Assembly (NCBI GenBank): GCA_010093815.1
Contig: ML996568.1
From: Pseudovirgaria hyperparasitica
Lineage: Eukaryota
DNA length: 64,000 nt
Strand: one strand, 5' to 3'
Shown: positions 51,373-64,000 of the stretch, in pieces
Numbering within the stretch: position 1 is the stretch's first letter
How the letters are laid out: each line of letters opens with the position of its first letter
Notes under the pieces: generated by a model
The model's input: only the letters and a program-made list of their open reading frames with translations
Database searches by the model: none
Told to the model about the DNA's origin: nothing
Translations under genes and position numbers: made by a program

Positions 51373-52826
51373 ATGCCACCTCGTAGCTTCTATACTATTA
51401 TTATAAGCGCGCTAGGCCTAAATAGGCCTATTATAGAAGCCGGCGCCGTCTCGGCGGTGGCTATAGATACTGGGGGTTAAGACCCTAACGATTAACGCGC
51501 GCCTAGGCGCTAGGAACCGCCTAACCGCACCGTGAGTGGGTCCTATCCCTACGCCGTTCCTCATGCTAACTAGATAGATTATTCCTTCTACCGCCTCCCG
51601 ATAGACTAAGCCTATTTACTATATAGGGCTATATATTATAGAGGGTAACTCGTTAGAAGACGAGTATACCGAGTCCGTATACTTCGTATATCATATATAT
51701 ATAAAGGCCCTAGAGAAGACTAGGGTGCTTAAGTACGTGCCGTCTCTACGTCGTGGTAGCGCCTACTAATCTAGAGCGTAGCTATAAGCCTAGCCGCGGT
51801 ACTAACTATATAAAGTGCCATACGTCGAAAGGGACCTACTTATAGAATACCGAGGAGCTCGCCACGCACCCGGCCCTATATAAGGTATAGAGCCGCCTTA
51901 AGAAGTTTATACACGAGTCAGTTAATAATAACTTTAGTTATATAATAGACCGTGGTAGTCGCGGCCTAGACCCGACTAAGCCTTCGTCCGGTAAGTGGCC
52001 GCGTATAAACTCTAAGTTCTACCACCTATATAAGGACTATAAGTCTAACTTAGAGATTATATATATCGCCCGCCATAACGCTAGTATCGTTAGTTAGGTC
52101 TCTATAACGCCTAATCGCGGTACTATTACGGTAATTAAGACGCCATATCGTGGTAGTAGTAACCGTAGATAGCTTAGTAGTGTAATTCACTAGATAAATT
52201 AGTATATATCGCATAACGAGGCCTAAATAGGCGAGTTACGTACTAATATCGGCGCCCTATAGGTATATACTTAGTTAGCCTAATTACTACTATCTTAACA
52301 CGTAATGTAGGGTTCAATGTAGTAGGTCGCTTCTAGCCTAGCACGCCTAGCCGAGCCGCCGCCTCGCCGACTCCTTATCTAGGCGGTTATAGAGGAGGAG
52401 GAGCCTCGTTTAAGTAGTAGTCGCCCACACCGCCCTCGGCTAAGCGGCCCTAAGGAGTCGCCTACCCGTAGCCCGTGCTATCGCCATACCACCCCCCGCT
52501 AGCTCCCTATTACTCCCCCCCCGTGGGAGGCCTTACCGTTACCGCGCCGTCTCCGCACCCCGCCCCGCCGCTACGACCCGTCCCGGCGCCGCTCTCGCTC
52601 GCCGGAGCGCCGTAGCCGGTCCCCTAACCGCCGTAACCGGTCCCCTTACCGCCGTGACCGGTCCCCCCGCCGCCGTGACCGTTCCTATAAGTATCGCCGC
52701 TAATCCCGTAACCGCCGGCGTCGTACTATCGAGGGTCGTCGCTTATCGCGTCGTTACCGGTTACCGTCTTATAGCCGCCATAGCCGCCCCGACGAGGTAT
52801 ATAACTCCCCCTCACCGCTAAGCTAG
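51373..52826 (+). pseudogene. Antisense, intron-containing accessory gene of element A (Cys6 motif, short coiled coil, RS/RSP-repeat tail)
   Basis: ATG at 51373. Introns 51532-51577 (GTGAGT..GCTAAC..AG), 51733-51781, 51991-52053 (GTAAGT..CTAAC..TAG) and 52263-52310 keep the frame. C-x2-C-x11-C-x7-C-x2-C-x6-C at 51689-51839; tail RSRSPERRSRSP.RR.RSP.RRDRSPRRRDRS. Confidence 0.75.
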
Positions 52827-53069
52827 ATTAATAGTCGCCTCTACCACTAGAAGCCGGCCTAGGGGAGGACTAGGTAACTAATCTCATGGTTAGAATTTAC
52901 GGTTAAGGACCGTACCGGCCCCGGCGCCGTATAGACCTAGGGTAGGGCTAGAAGAATAACCTTTTTATGTCTTAAGGAGGGTGTCGGTTTATTATTAGGT
53001 TACTTAGGTACTTAGCGTTTAGTATTTAGTCTTTATAGAATCTCCACTCTTATATCGGGTTATTAGGGC

Positions 53070-56000
53070 CGCTATAGGCCCGTAATAGTAGATTAATATC
53101 TTTATTTAGGGATACGCTAAAGTCGTGGGCCGTTATATAATCGCGCGCTACTATACCGGGCCTTAAATCTATCTAGTGCCTTAGTATTCTCTACGTCCTC
53201 GAGTAGTACCTATATCGGCTATAGCTAGCCCTTCCATTTTACGAGTACTTATCTCTTATTTCGCCCACGTGCGTTTTTCGCCCGAAGGATATCCTCGACC
53301 TTATATTTAGTAATATCCTCGTCGGCTTTATTAAGTTCGAGTATCGGGCCTAGGCGAGTATCTAGCCGCTCCTAGCTAGATAGGGGGTCCTCTACAGCGC
53401 GCTTAACTAGGCTAACATAGACTATCTTATAAAGGTCCCCGGGGAGGTCGAGGGTCACTATTAGGGGGGTAGATTAGGCGAGAACCCTATACTTAGTCTA
53501 TAGCTAGTCGAGTTTCCGGCTCGGGCGATTAGTCTTTATGTTTCGGAGTAAGAACTATACTATATTACTAATCTTAAAGCGTTTAGCTAGGCGGCGTAAC
53601 CGGTTAGCCGAGTCCTAGGAATATTACTCGGCCTAGGCGATAGCTATCTACGCTAGGGTAGTACCGTCGTAGAGGTGCTTAAGGAAGTTTATAGCCCGGC
53701 CTTTTACCGAGGTCGTGGAGGTGTTAGGGAGTAGCCGTCGCGGTAATAGTTCGATATAGTATCTATTTAGAAGTAGGTTCAGCGCTATACCGGTTACTAA
53801 TAAGGTGTGGTTATTTAGGGCGAGCTAGTATGCCGGTAGGTACTCCGGCTAATTAGTTTACTCGAAGGTTACCATAACGCGAAGTACCGTCTAGACCTCC
53901 TAGTTTACTCGCTCTATACTACCGTTAGTCTATAGGTAGTAGACTATAGAGAGGTCCTAGTGCACGTCCGTTATAGAGTAAAGGGTTATCTAGAACTACC
54001 CTAGCTAGTCCGAGCCCCGGTTAGTAATAATAGACTATAGAAACCCCTAGAAACGCTACTATGTGTTACGGAATCGCGCCGTGTAGTCCTTAGCCGCCAT
54101 AGAGGTTATCGCCTCTAGCTAGATAAATTTTAAGAGCCGATCCGTAATAACGAGTAGGTACTAGGGCCGTAACGGGTCCGATTAGGGGAGGTCGGTTATA
54201 AAGTCTATAGAAATCTAGGACTAGAAATAGTCTAGTATCGGAAGCGGCTAGAGGAGCCTAGGGGCCTTACGCCGATTTATATAAGCTCCGTAGTAGTCGT
54301 AGTTCTATATGAATCGCCGGATATCGGCCTATATACGCTCCTAGTAGTATTCCCGCTAGATAGCTACGTACGTCTCGTTCTTACTAGGGTGGCCTACGAG
54401 GGGGGAAGCGTGGGACCTCTAGATAATAGTTATTATAAGCGGTTCCTATTCGGGTATCTAGATAACTCCCCGCCACGTAAGTATCCTATATACCGATATA
54501 GCATAGTCCGTAACCTATTTAGTCGTAAGCGCCTCTAGTAGAAAGAGGCGTGCCCCGCCTACTACGGCCGTATAGCGGACCTAATACACCGGGATAGACT
54601 AAGCGGCTTAGTCCTAAAGCTCCTAGAGGTAGGGATCGGTAAAGATGCTTCGTCTCTATAGGAGGCGATCCTCCCCGGAGTAGATACTTATAGATACTAT
54701 TTAGATAGCTCGCGGGGCTATAAGCTACCCCTATAGAAGGGACTTCTTAGACGAGTCCTAGTTACGGCGGCTAAGGGCGTCTGGGCGAGCCGCCTAGGAT
54801 CCTAGCCGGTATACTAGATTATAGTTAAAGAGTATAAGCTAGTCGGACTATCGCTACTACCGCGGGACGAGAAGGTAAGACTTAGTAAAGTACTCGAGGT
54901 TCTTATAGTCCGTATAGATCGTGAAAGGGTAGTAAACGCTCCGAAGCTCGGGTTCCCACGCCTAGAGATACTAAACCACGGTAAGAAGCTCCTTATTATG
55001 GATTATATAGTTCCGTTAGGCGGCCGTAAGGGCTATGGAGTAGTAGGCTATCGGGTACTAAATACCCCGAACCCTCTAGGATAGGTACCCGCCCGTCGCG
55101 TGGCTAGAGTAATCTACCTCGACCATTATATCGCGCGTCTCGTCCTAGGATTAGAGAATAGGTTCTATAATAAAAGTATTCTTAAGCTTAGTAAACGTGC
55201 GGTCCTTGGTTAGGCCCTAGTAGAAGGCCGCTCTAGCCCTAGTAAGGGCGTAGAGTAGGGCCGCTACGGTAGAGAAGTCGGGAAGAAAGTTATAGTAGAA
55301 GTTTATAAATCTAATAAATCGCTAGACGCCCCGGACCGTAGTCGGGGGCTTCTAGTCCTAGATCGCGGCGATTTTCTCTAGATTAGGGCGGATTAATTTA
55401 CCGACGGTAATAACGTACCCTAGGTACTAGACTTCCTTAGTAGTAAAGCGGTACTTAGTAAGGTTATAATAAAGGTCCGCTTTAGTAAGGAGAGATAGGA
55501 TAGTCTTTATGGCGGCCTAGTGGTCCTCTAGCGTACCCGGGGTATAGATAAGGACATCGTTAAGATACGCTATATAGGTTACCCCTAGGACCCTACTTAG
55601 TACCCCGTTAATATAGCGCTAGAAGGAGGCCGGGGTACTAGAGAGACTAAACGGAAGCACGGTCTATTTAAAGAGGCTGAACCGGGTACGGAAAGCCGTC
55701 TTATATTTATCGCCGGCGGCCACCTATAGTTTATAGAATACCGCCTAAATGTCGACCTTACTAAACCATAACGTGTTACTAATGGTATATAGGGTTTCGT
55801 GTATTAGAGAAAGCGGGTATCGATCCTACTCCGTAATACTATTAAGGGCTCTATAGTTAATATATAGCCGCCATTTCCCTCCCGGCTTAGAAATAAGTAA
55901 TACTAGCGCCCCGGCCGCGGAGGAGCTAGCCCGTATCTAACCCTTATCCATAAGATCCGTAAGCTAGCGGCGTAGCTCTACTAGCTACTCCCGAGACATA

Positions 56001-58086
56001 GCGTAGAGGGGTCCCTAAGGGAGGTTTACTAGGGTCCCCGCCGGGGTGGACTTAATATAGATATAGTGGTCGGTGCTCCCCCGGTAGGGGGGTAGCGCTA
56101 ACGCCTTCGCCTTATTAAAGAGGTCGCGGTAGACGTATAGCTTCGATAGGAGCGGGCGCCTATCCTCCGTAAGCTTAGATACGTCCTAGTCGGGTGTCGG
56201 AGATAGTAGGGGGAGTATAAGCTATAGGAGGCGGGTGACGTCGCGGATACTAGTAGCGACCACCCGTCCGCGGCGATAAGCCGTCTCTAGAGCCCCTATA
56301 ATATAACCCTTCTTAGTAAGTACCCGAATACGCGTTAGGCGTATATAGGCGTTTATATCCTAGGCCATAAGGCCGTGGGCGCGGTGGAGCGTAATCTCGC
56401 CTACCTATATATTAATAACGGCGCCGGCCTAGTAGAGCCATAGGCTCCTAAGGATAAGGTCCTAGTCTAGCCCGGGCACCACGTAGGCGGAGAGGCGCTA
56501 TCTCTATCCGGCGATATCGTACTATATAGTAACGACTTCCGTGATCTCCGGTCCCGACGCTCCGTTAGTAGTAAGAGCTACTTAATAACGTGGGACCGAG
56601 ATGCGCGACTTAGCTATGTCCCCCGTAAGGGATAGGCTAACTACTATAAAATACTCGCACTCTATATCTACTAAGACGTCTATATACTTTCTATCCTAGA
56701 GGAATAGCGATATAACGGGTGGCGGCCCGTCTATAACCCGAGTGGGTACGCTATTCTCCGGGTCGGAGCCGTGATCTTAGTCGCCCGTGGCTTTATTCTC
56801 TACCGAATATTATAATATCCCCCGACCCGGGCTATAGTAAGGGACTATACTTCCCCCGCCTCGGAGTCGGAATTAGTATTATCCTAGGCCGGGGCCGCGA
56901 CCTTAAGCGCCCGTATATTAACGGCGTTTAGGTAGCCCCGTTATTAGTGGCTAGCCTAGCCGTACCGGGTATACACGCCCGCCGTGCGGCGCTTCTAGAA
57001 TAAATCCTTCGGAATCCACGAAGGAGGCTCTTTCTTCTTAACCCCGTTCTTACTCTTTACCGCTAGTAAGATAGCTTACTCCTTACCCTTTATCTTAACG
57101 GCCTTAATAGCGACCGCTAACATCGTCGTATCGCCGTCCTTATCCTTACCCGGCTTACTTTAGGGCGCCGTGTTTTACCTAGTACGGAGCCGGAATAACT
57201 CTATATCCATGCTAATATCTCTAAGGCGGCCTACGGCGGCCTTATATTAGTCCGGGAGGCCCCGGTTTAGAGCTACTACCCGGGTCTCCTAGTTAAGGCC
57301 GTCCCGGAGCCGCATGAGCTTCTAGTCGTCGGCCTAGTATATCCCCCTAGCCTCCTAGAGGGCGGTATAGAACTAGACGAAGTAATCTATGAACGGCTCC
57401 TTAGCCTTTTATACGATTATATTTAGCTATTAAAGGGCCCGCTCTTTAGTATATATATCTCCGAACTAGAACTTAAGGTAGTCTAGGAACGCGTATAGGT
57501 CCTAGTTACTATTTAGCCCCCTAGTAGAATATACCGCGCTAACCCCCTTCTATACCTTAGGCGCTAGATTAGCCTAGATAAGGGCTATCTAGTCCCTATA
57601 GGTGCTAATAAACTCGGCGTCCCGGGTAATCTTATACTATATTATAACGGACCATGTACGGAAGAGAGCCTTAGACCCGTTATATAGATCGCCGAGGGGG
57701 AGAGGCTTCTATTTCATAGGCCGGTCGAGCGTAATATGCGGGGCCGATAGTAGTAAAGTAGGGGCGCGTATAGGTAGGGCTAGGTCGGGCCCGTATAGGC
57801 GCTAAGATATAGCTAAGGAGGGGTCGGGCTAGGGTAGGGACGAATCCCTATAGGTTAACGTGGTAGGAGTACGGCTATATACTTTAACTATAACTAGGCG
57901 GGCGTCGATACGCTATAGCGCCGTATAGACGCTCTACTTAATATCGGATATATAAGACTCGCTTACCGCTTAGGCGGCTATAATAGACTTATATACAGCC
58001 CGTATTTCGTCTCGGAAGCTAAGGAAGGAGTTAGAGAGTTACCGCATTAGATTAGAGTCTTACGGGTTAAGACTATCTTATGCCAT
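53070..58086 (-). pseudogene. gag-pol of family A copy 2 (approximate 3' end)
   Basis: Gag CCHC at ~56930-56975; RT KTAFRTRF.LFEWTVLPFGLS..PASFQRYIN (~55610-55705); IN; chromodomain QVLVKWKG....TW (~53200-53250). Confidence 0.9.
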
Positions 58087-58113
58087 AAGGCTACGTATAG
58101 GAAGAGGTTAATA

Positions 58114-58125
58114 AAGTTAAATTAA
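58114..58125 (-). promoter_or_regulatory. Self-priming (Tf1-like) primer-binding site of family A
   Basis: 58114-58124 AAGTTAAATTA is the reverse complement of LTR-internal 58176-58186 TAATTTAACTT. Confidence 0.7.
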
Positions 58126-61100
58126 TGTAATGGATATGACCAAGGTATTACTATAATAGCAATTAGAATATATTATAATTTAACTTAGAGAGAGTAGGGG
58201 TGGCTCGTATGGGTTATAGCTTAAGTATAGTCTTAAGTAAGGTCACGTGATACCCCTATACTAGTCTCTATCCGTCCCGGCTCCGTTATGTAACGCTAGA
58301 GACAAGGTAAAGCCGAAGTCCATAACAAAGGAAGCTAATAAGGAGCGAGATTATAGGTTAATTAATTCGGCGATAGAAATCAACCGAGTCACTATTCATA
58401 ATGCGGCCACGCCGCCCTTATGTAAAGAGTTCTCGGAGTACTTTATAGGGATAGCCGTCTTAACGTTTACCGACTTCTTCTTAGAATATAATTAGATTCT
58501 ATTAGTAGAGTATTACCGAGACTTAACGGGGTTTATAACGCCCCTAGAATTACTATATAGGATAATATTACCTTAAGGGGCCACTAATTTAGTAGCTTAG
58601 TTCGTTAGAATCGTATTAACTATTATATAAGAATACATCCCGGAGAGGGCTCTACTATTCCTAGATAACTTAGATATTAAAGGATCTATAACGAAATATA
58701 ACTCTAAGGAGGCCCTACCTAGAATTCGTAGGTATATTCTAGAATATTTAATTAACGTGGATAAGGTTCTTATAGATATAGAGCGCGCTAGATATACCCT
58801 AAGTAGTAAGAAGACTTAGTGGTGTGTTAAAGCCGCTAACGTTATAGGATACGTCTACGATATTAAAGGGAGGCGACCGAGTAATGAAAAGGTTACTACT
58901 ATTAGGGACTAGAAACCCTATAGAAACACGATAAATATACGAGTCTTCCTTAGCGTTTATATATATTTCCGGATATAGATCCCCGGGTACGCTATTATCG
59001 TATCGCCGCTATTTATACTATTAAAGAATAAATCGGCCTAGTAGTAGATAGCTAAGAAGTAGACCTCGATGGACGCGCTAAAGATAGCTCTAACTACTAC
59101 TCCCGTACTAATAATATTATAGTACGGGATAGATATAGAAGATATAATCCTAGTAGTAGACTCTAGTAACGTTAGGTAGGGAGCTATATTAATATAGAAG
59201 AACGAGGATTATAAATATTAGCTATCGCGGTATAATAGAGAAATATAGTTAAAAGCTAAGAGAAACTACGATACCGTGAAGCTAGAGTACCAAGCCCTCC
59301 TCCACGCGTTATAGAAGTTCTAGTAATATCTCTATAGCACGTACTTTATTATAGAAATAGATATAAATACTCTAGTCGCTTAAATTAACCATACTATAAC
59401 TAACTTACTAGGGGCGCTCGTTACTAGGTGGCTCGCGTAGATTTAGCTATAGAACTTTATAGTTAGGCATGTATCTAGGAAGCGTAATATAGTCGCCGAC
59501 GGTATCTTACGGATATATAAAGGAGAAGAACTACTAGACGTCCCTACCTTTAACCTAGACGAGTTTATAGATATAGCTCTATATATAGACGTACTAGAGA
59601 CGTCGTTAATTAAGTCCGTTAGCGGGAGAGATTACACGATAGAAATACTCGACTATACCGCTATTAAGTCTCCCTTAATAGATAAATATAGTAATAAATA
59701 GTAGAGGATTACGAAATATCTTACTATACTTAAGAGGCTAACCGACCTAACCGACCGAGCGTATAAGGCCTTTATAACCGACTATCTAAAGTTCCTTATA
59801 CGTAACCGAATACTCTAGCGGAGAGAAGATAGGTATCGCTAATATACACGAGTAATTAAAGATCCGAATACTAGGGCGTATATAATTACTACTACTTACG
59901 ACGAGATAGATTATAGAGATAGTAAAGGGACCCTTAGAAGGATTAAGGATAAGTATTAGTAGATAGGTATACGTAGAGACGTGCGATAGCACGTAAAAAC
60001 CTATAATAAATATTAATAACGAAGTAAACTCCTCGGAGGTCTTAATAAAGGGCTCTACTATATTATAACGTCTATTCTTTAGTAAAGAATATACTTAGAT
60101 ATAATAACGCTACTACCTTCTATAGAGTATAGTAAAGTAGTATCTATACGAGAATAGCTAAGCGGATAGACTAAGGCGGAGATATATACGGCGGCCACGT
60201 CTATAGTTATTATAAAGTTTCTCTTTAAGAACATAATCTATAGATACGGAATCATTCCTAAAATTATCTATAATAGTAGTAGAGAAAATATAGGTGCCAT
60301 AGAGAAGCTCCTCTAACTCTATAGAATTTATTAGAAGGTTATATCTACGTATAATCCCCGAGTAAATAGAATTATTAAGAGAAGTTTTATACTACTCGCT
60401 AATACTCTCGCGAAGATAACTAATGGCGGATTTAAGAACTAGCCCGGCCACCTCTATATAGTCGTCTAGGTAGATAGAATAACGACACGTACTAGTATAG
60501 GGTATAGTACCATATACCTCGTGCTCGGCTATAAACTAATCATGTCTATTAAAGTTAAATTCGAGTCGCTCTAAATACTCCCTTAGGATGAGGTGCGATT
60601 AACATCTAACTTACTCGCTCTTTAAGCTAGATAACTTAAGAGAAGATCCGAGGATCTTAAGGAGGCCTATACCTACGCGATATAAACGCGTAAGAAATCA
60701 AGAGGGGTATAGAATAACGACTATTACCTTCGTTAAGAGTCATTACTAGTCGATATAATTATTCTCCTTTACGACTCGTAGCGATAGAAGGATATAGGGC
60801 GGAAGCTAAGGTAGTATTAGAGGGGGCTATATAGAATCTAGTCCGTGTTTAATTATACTTATAAGCTCGTAAAGCTTAATAGAGCCATGCTTAGAGGGAC
60901 GTTTCCTAGCCATAGGTTAAAGAAATATTTTATAAGAAATATAAGTAACGAGAGTTACGACGAGCCCTCACGACTACTAATTAGAAGAATTACCAAGGAA
61001 AATAAGGAGAGTAGCGATAAGGAAAACTATTATAAATAACTTACGGAATACCTCGACGACGCTACACGAACCTAGGTAGAAGTAGTAATTTCTACTCTAT

Positions 61101-61836
61101 AAGACTTTAATAGAGAAGAATATTTATATTTCCCTAGAATCGACATCTCCTTCTAGGGGATAGAAGTTTTTTTTAAGGAGGGAAGAGATACTTATAAAAG
61201 CAGTCTCATGACGATAAACTCTATTATTAAAAAAGGACGATAAACTCTATTATTAAAAGAGAATAATGAACCCTATTATTACTATAAAATAATAAAACTT
61301 ATTATTAAAGTAAGTAATGCTCGAAAGAAGATATAATAGCGTTTACGCGAATTCCATCTACTATATATTAAAGCCGGTCGTGTAATCGAAGCCTACCTAT
61401 TAAAGGCCTATTTCGTTACTATAGAACGGGCCCTATTAGAAACTAATAAGAAAGAAAAGAAGGAGGAGGTATAGGAGAAAAAGATACTTATAGGAAGTCT
61501 TATAAGGATAAGAATATACCCGGTATCTATTCATTTATAGATTCCACTATATACCCGGTAGATATATTCATTCATAGATTTTCTATATACCTAGTATATA
61601 TTTATTTATAGATTCGACACGTATACGGGCCTACGGCTATTAGTAAGGATCATTTATAAAAATTACTATATACCCGGCATTTAAGGAGGCATAAAAAGAG
61701 AACTTAAGATAGTATATAACTCTTCCCTCTTATACCTCTCTATACCTCCTTAATTAATAAAACCTTCTCCTCTACTTCCGCCTCGCTTAACTACCTCTCC
61801 TTAGAACGTAACTCGCCGATAGAACCGATAATAATA

Positions 61837-64000
61837 ATAGCCCTACCGAAAAAGAAAACGCCTACCTATAAAGAGTTATAAGATCGTTAAGTACTAATAA
61901 GATAGACGCGGTTCTAGTTAAGAGTTAGAGGTACTAAAGTAGGGCCATTAACGGCTATTATAGTATCGAGGCCATCTACTACTCCGTACGGATAGACTAT
62001 AGAAGCTATAGAAGTAAATAAGTCTACTATTAACTAAATTATCGCTATCTAGGACCCGTAAGAGTGATAGGACTATATTCTAGACACGTTTAATAATCTC
62101 CTTTATATTACTAGCCTTATAGAATAGCTCTTAAGTAGTATAGTTAACCTCTTCTAGAAAGTAGGAGCCGTAATAGGGTATAGTAAGGTAAAGATTAACT
62201 CCTCTATTCTAAAAGAAGTCTACGAGATAATTCGTCGTAGAAGAGATACTAACTCCCGTATTCTAAAAGCTAAAAATATAATCCTATAAAACTAGTAAAA
62301 AGACCTCCCTAATAATAACGGCTAGTTACTCTAATCCGCCCTCGGACAGCTCTAGTAAATATAGAACTTTATAGAAAAGCTAGTAGCGCTCTTACGAATG
62401 CGGATATAGGTGAGAGTAAGGAACTAGTTAAACGCATCTCTATAGTCCCGAATCGGCTAGGGATAGAAGGGAAGGGGAATTAAGGTATATCTTTAGAGCT
62501 CTAATATCGATACTACCCTAGCTAGTAATAGTAATAAGGATAGTCTATCTCTCTAGTAACTCTCGAACTACCCTAGCCGATAAAATAAACTAATGTTCTA
62601 TAATAAGACGGGACTTATTATCTCCGCTAGTTAATAGTTACGGATAAGTAGAATAGTTTATAGGCCTATTAAATACTACCTATAAATTAAAGAGATAAGT
62701 ACATCGCCTCCGTCTTAGACCTTACTATCGCTAAAACTAGTATAGATAACGTCTACGGTAAAGTCCCCTCTACGAAGCACGCCTTCTAGTTTAGTAGTAC
62801 GTCGTCTCTTCGAAGCTAGTCGTCCGTTTAAAGTAAGTATTCCTTCTACTACTACTAGTATATGTCTCTTACCGGGCCATGCGAGGACCTCTTTAGTATC
62901 TATTACGGCCACGCCGATAAAACCCACTCATGGACGTGCCTTATCTACCGGCCCTTAGTAATTACTAGGGGCGCCTATATAATAATCCCCGGTTATTCTT
63001 AGTTCGTACCCTAAGACGATAGTATTAGTTAAGGAAGAGGACAAGCCTAAGAAATATTAATACACGCCTTTAGTAACGAAGACTTTTAAGGCAGCTATAT
63101 TATTAAAGAAGAATTTCACGAGTATTAAGGGAATGGCCCTACTAGTACGCTAGAAAGCGTAGATAGATAATATAGCTATTCCGTATAAAGTCTACTATAA
63201 GCATTACTAAGACGTGGCTAGAAAGAATAATATACTCGTTAGCGTGTTCTACTTAAACCTAGTAGCGAGACTTAAAATAGTATATAAGTTTAGAGATAAT
63301 ATAGGGGCCCTTAAAGTTTATAAGGACCGCTATACCTGGTTCGCGAAGTACGCGTAGCCACCTTATCCGATAGAGGCATTAGGTATCTATTATTACTAGG
63401 CCCTAGAGACCCCGAAGTAAGTTATTAATATTAAAACTATCCTTACTAGTATCGTATTTATAATTTAGAAGGAGGATAGTAGAATAGGTAGATAACTCTT
63501 TAACGAGTAGAAACGTACCGGAAGTGTTAACATTAAAGGGCTCTTCGAGCCACTTAAAAAGACGACCTCTATACTTAATAAGAGTATCCTAGAACTCGCG
63601 AGGGATGAATTTAATATATATAAGTACTACTAGCGTATATTTAATAAGAAATCGAACTACGGCTAGCTACGAACTATATACTACTCCTATATCTAATAGT
63701 TTATTAGGTAATATCTACTTTACTAGCTTACCTATGTCGCTCTTCGGCCTAATCTTAACTACTATCTAATCTCGTACCCGTACTATACGAAGTCCTAGAA
63801 TAGGGGCGATAAGACAGGTTTTAAGCATCTCAATAACGCCATTAATCGAATCCTCGATCCTAGCAATAGACACGGGTTTAATATAATCTAGGGGAGTATT
63901 AGTCTCGACGACGAACGAAGTAACGACTATACTATAATTATTCCCCACTCCTATAAGTTCTTAAATAAATAGTAGTCGAAGGCCAAGCTCCGCGAGGGGG
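61837..64000 (+). pseudogene. H copy 2 ORF3 (2OG-Fe(II) dioxygenase-like), truncated by the window end
   Basis: Colinear with 34621-36784 at offset 27216; His codon CAT at 63826-63828. Confidence 0.72.

Larger units (their letters stand above)
50444..58327 (-). mobile_element. Chromoviral Ty3/Gypsy element A copy 2 (7884 bp, full length)
   Basis: 202-bp TG..CA LTRs at 50444-50645 and 58126-58327; TSD AAGGA (50439-50443 / 58328-58332); empty site in H copy 1 near 23724; PPT AGAGAATAAGGGTA. Confidence 0.96.
46127..64000 (+). mobile_element. Element H copy 2 (right end outside window), interrupted in RT by family A copy 2
   Basis: 5' LTR at 46127-46472 (contains N gap); colinear with H copy 1 and differs almost only by transitions. 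Confidence 0.93.

Noticed and set aside
57602..63948. Short ORFs at 2227, 57602, 59786, 62715 and 63766
   Set aside because: Chance open frames antisense to RIPed gag/pol/ORF3, with no splice or motif support.
1..64000. Naming the host species or assigning published element names
   Set aside because: RIP points to a Pezizomycotina fungus, but I cannot match these families to named elements from sequence alone.

Overview
This is a gene-free, AT-rich block of nested transposons from a filamentous ascomycete. It is heavily degraded by RIP-type C>T/G>A mutation (TpA everywhere, CpA/TpG scarce), so no intact ORF survives and the supplied ORF track is uninformative. Paired LTRs, target-site duplications (TSDs) and empty-site copies let the nest be reconstructed. 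The basal layer is a RIP-inactivated, apparently intronless UPF1/DNA2-NAM7-like (SF1B) helicase gene with three CCHC knuckles, on the - strand and now in four pieces. Five LTR families have inserted into it or into each other: chromoviral Ty3/Gypsy families A (2 copies), C (1 full copy + solo LTR) and E/F (sister subfamilies); a 578-bp TRIM-like element D (3 copies); and an ~11.4-kb non-chromoviral Gypsy element H (2 copies, 4-bp TSD). Highlights: (1) every chromoviral family carries an antisense, intron-containing accessory gene between pol and the 3' LTR, encoding a Cys6 (Zn2Cys6-like) plus coiled-coil/low-complexity protein; (2) H carries an ~990-codon third ORF with a 2OG-Fe(II) dioxygenase-like HxD...H...R domain; (3) a D LTR and element E are fused U5-to-U5 under one TSD, consistent with co-integration of two end-joined cDNAs. 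All protein readings require reverting RIP by eye and are inferences.
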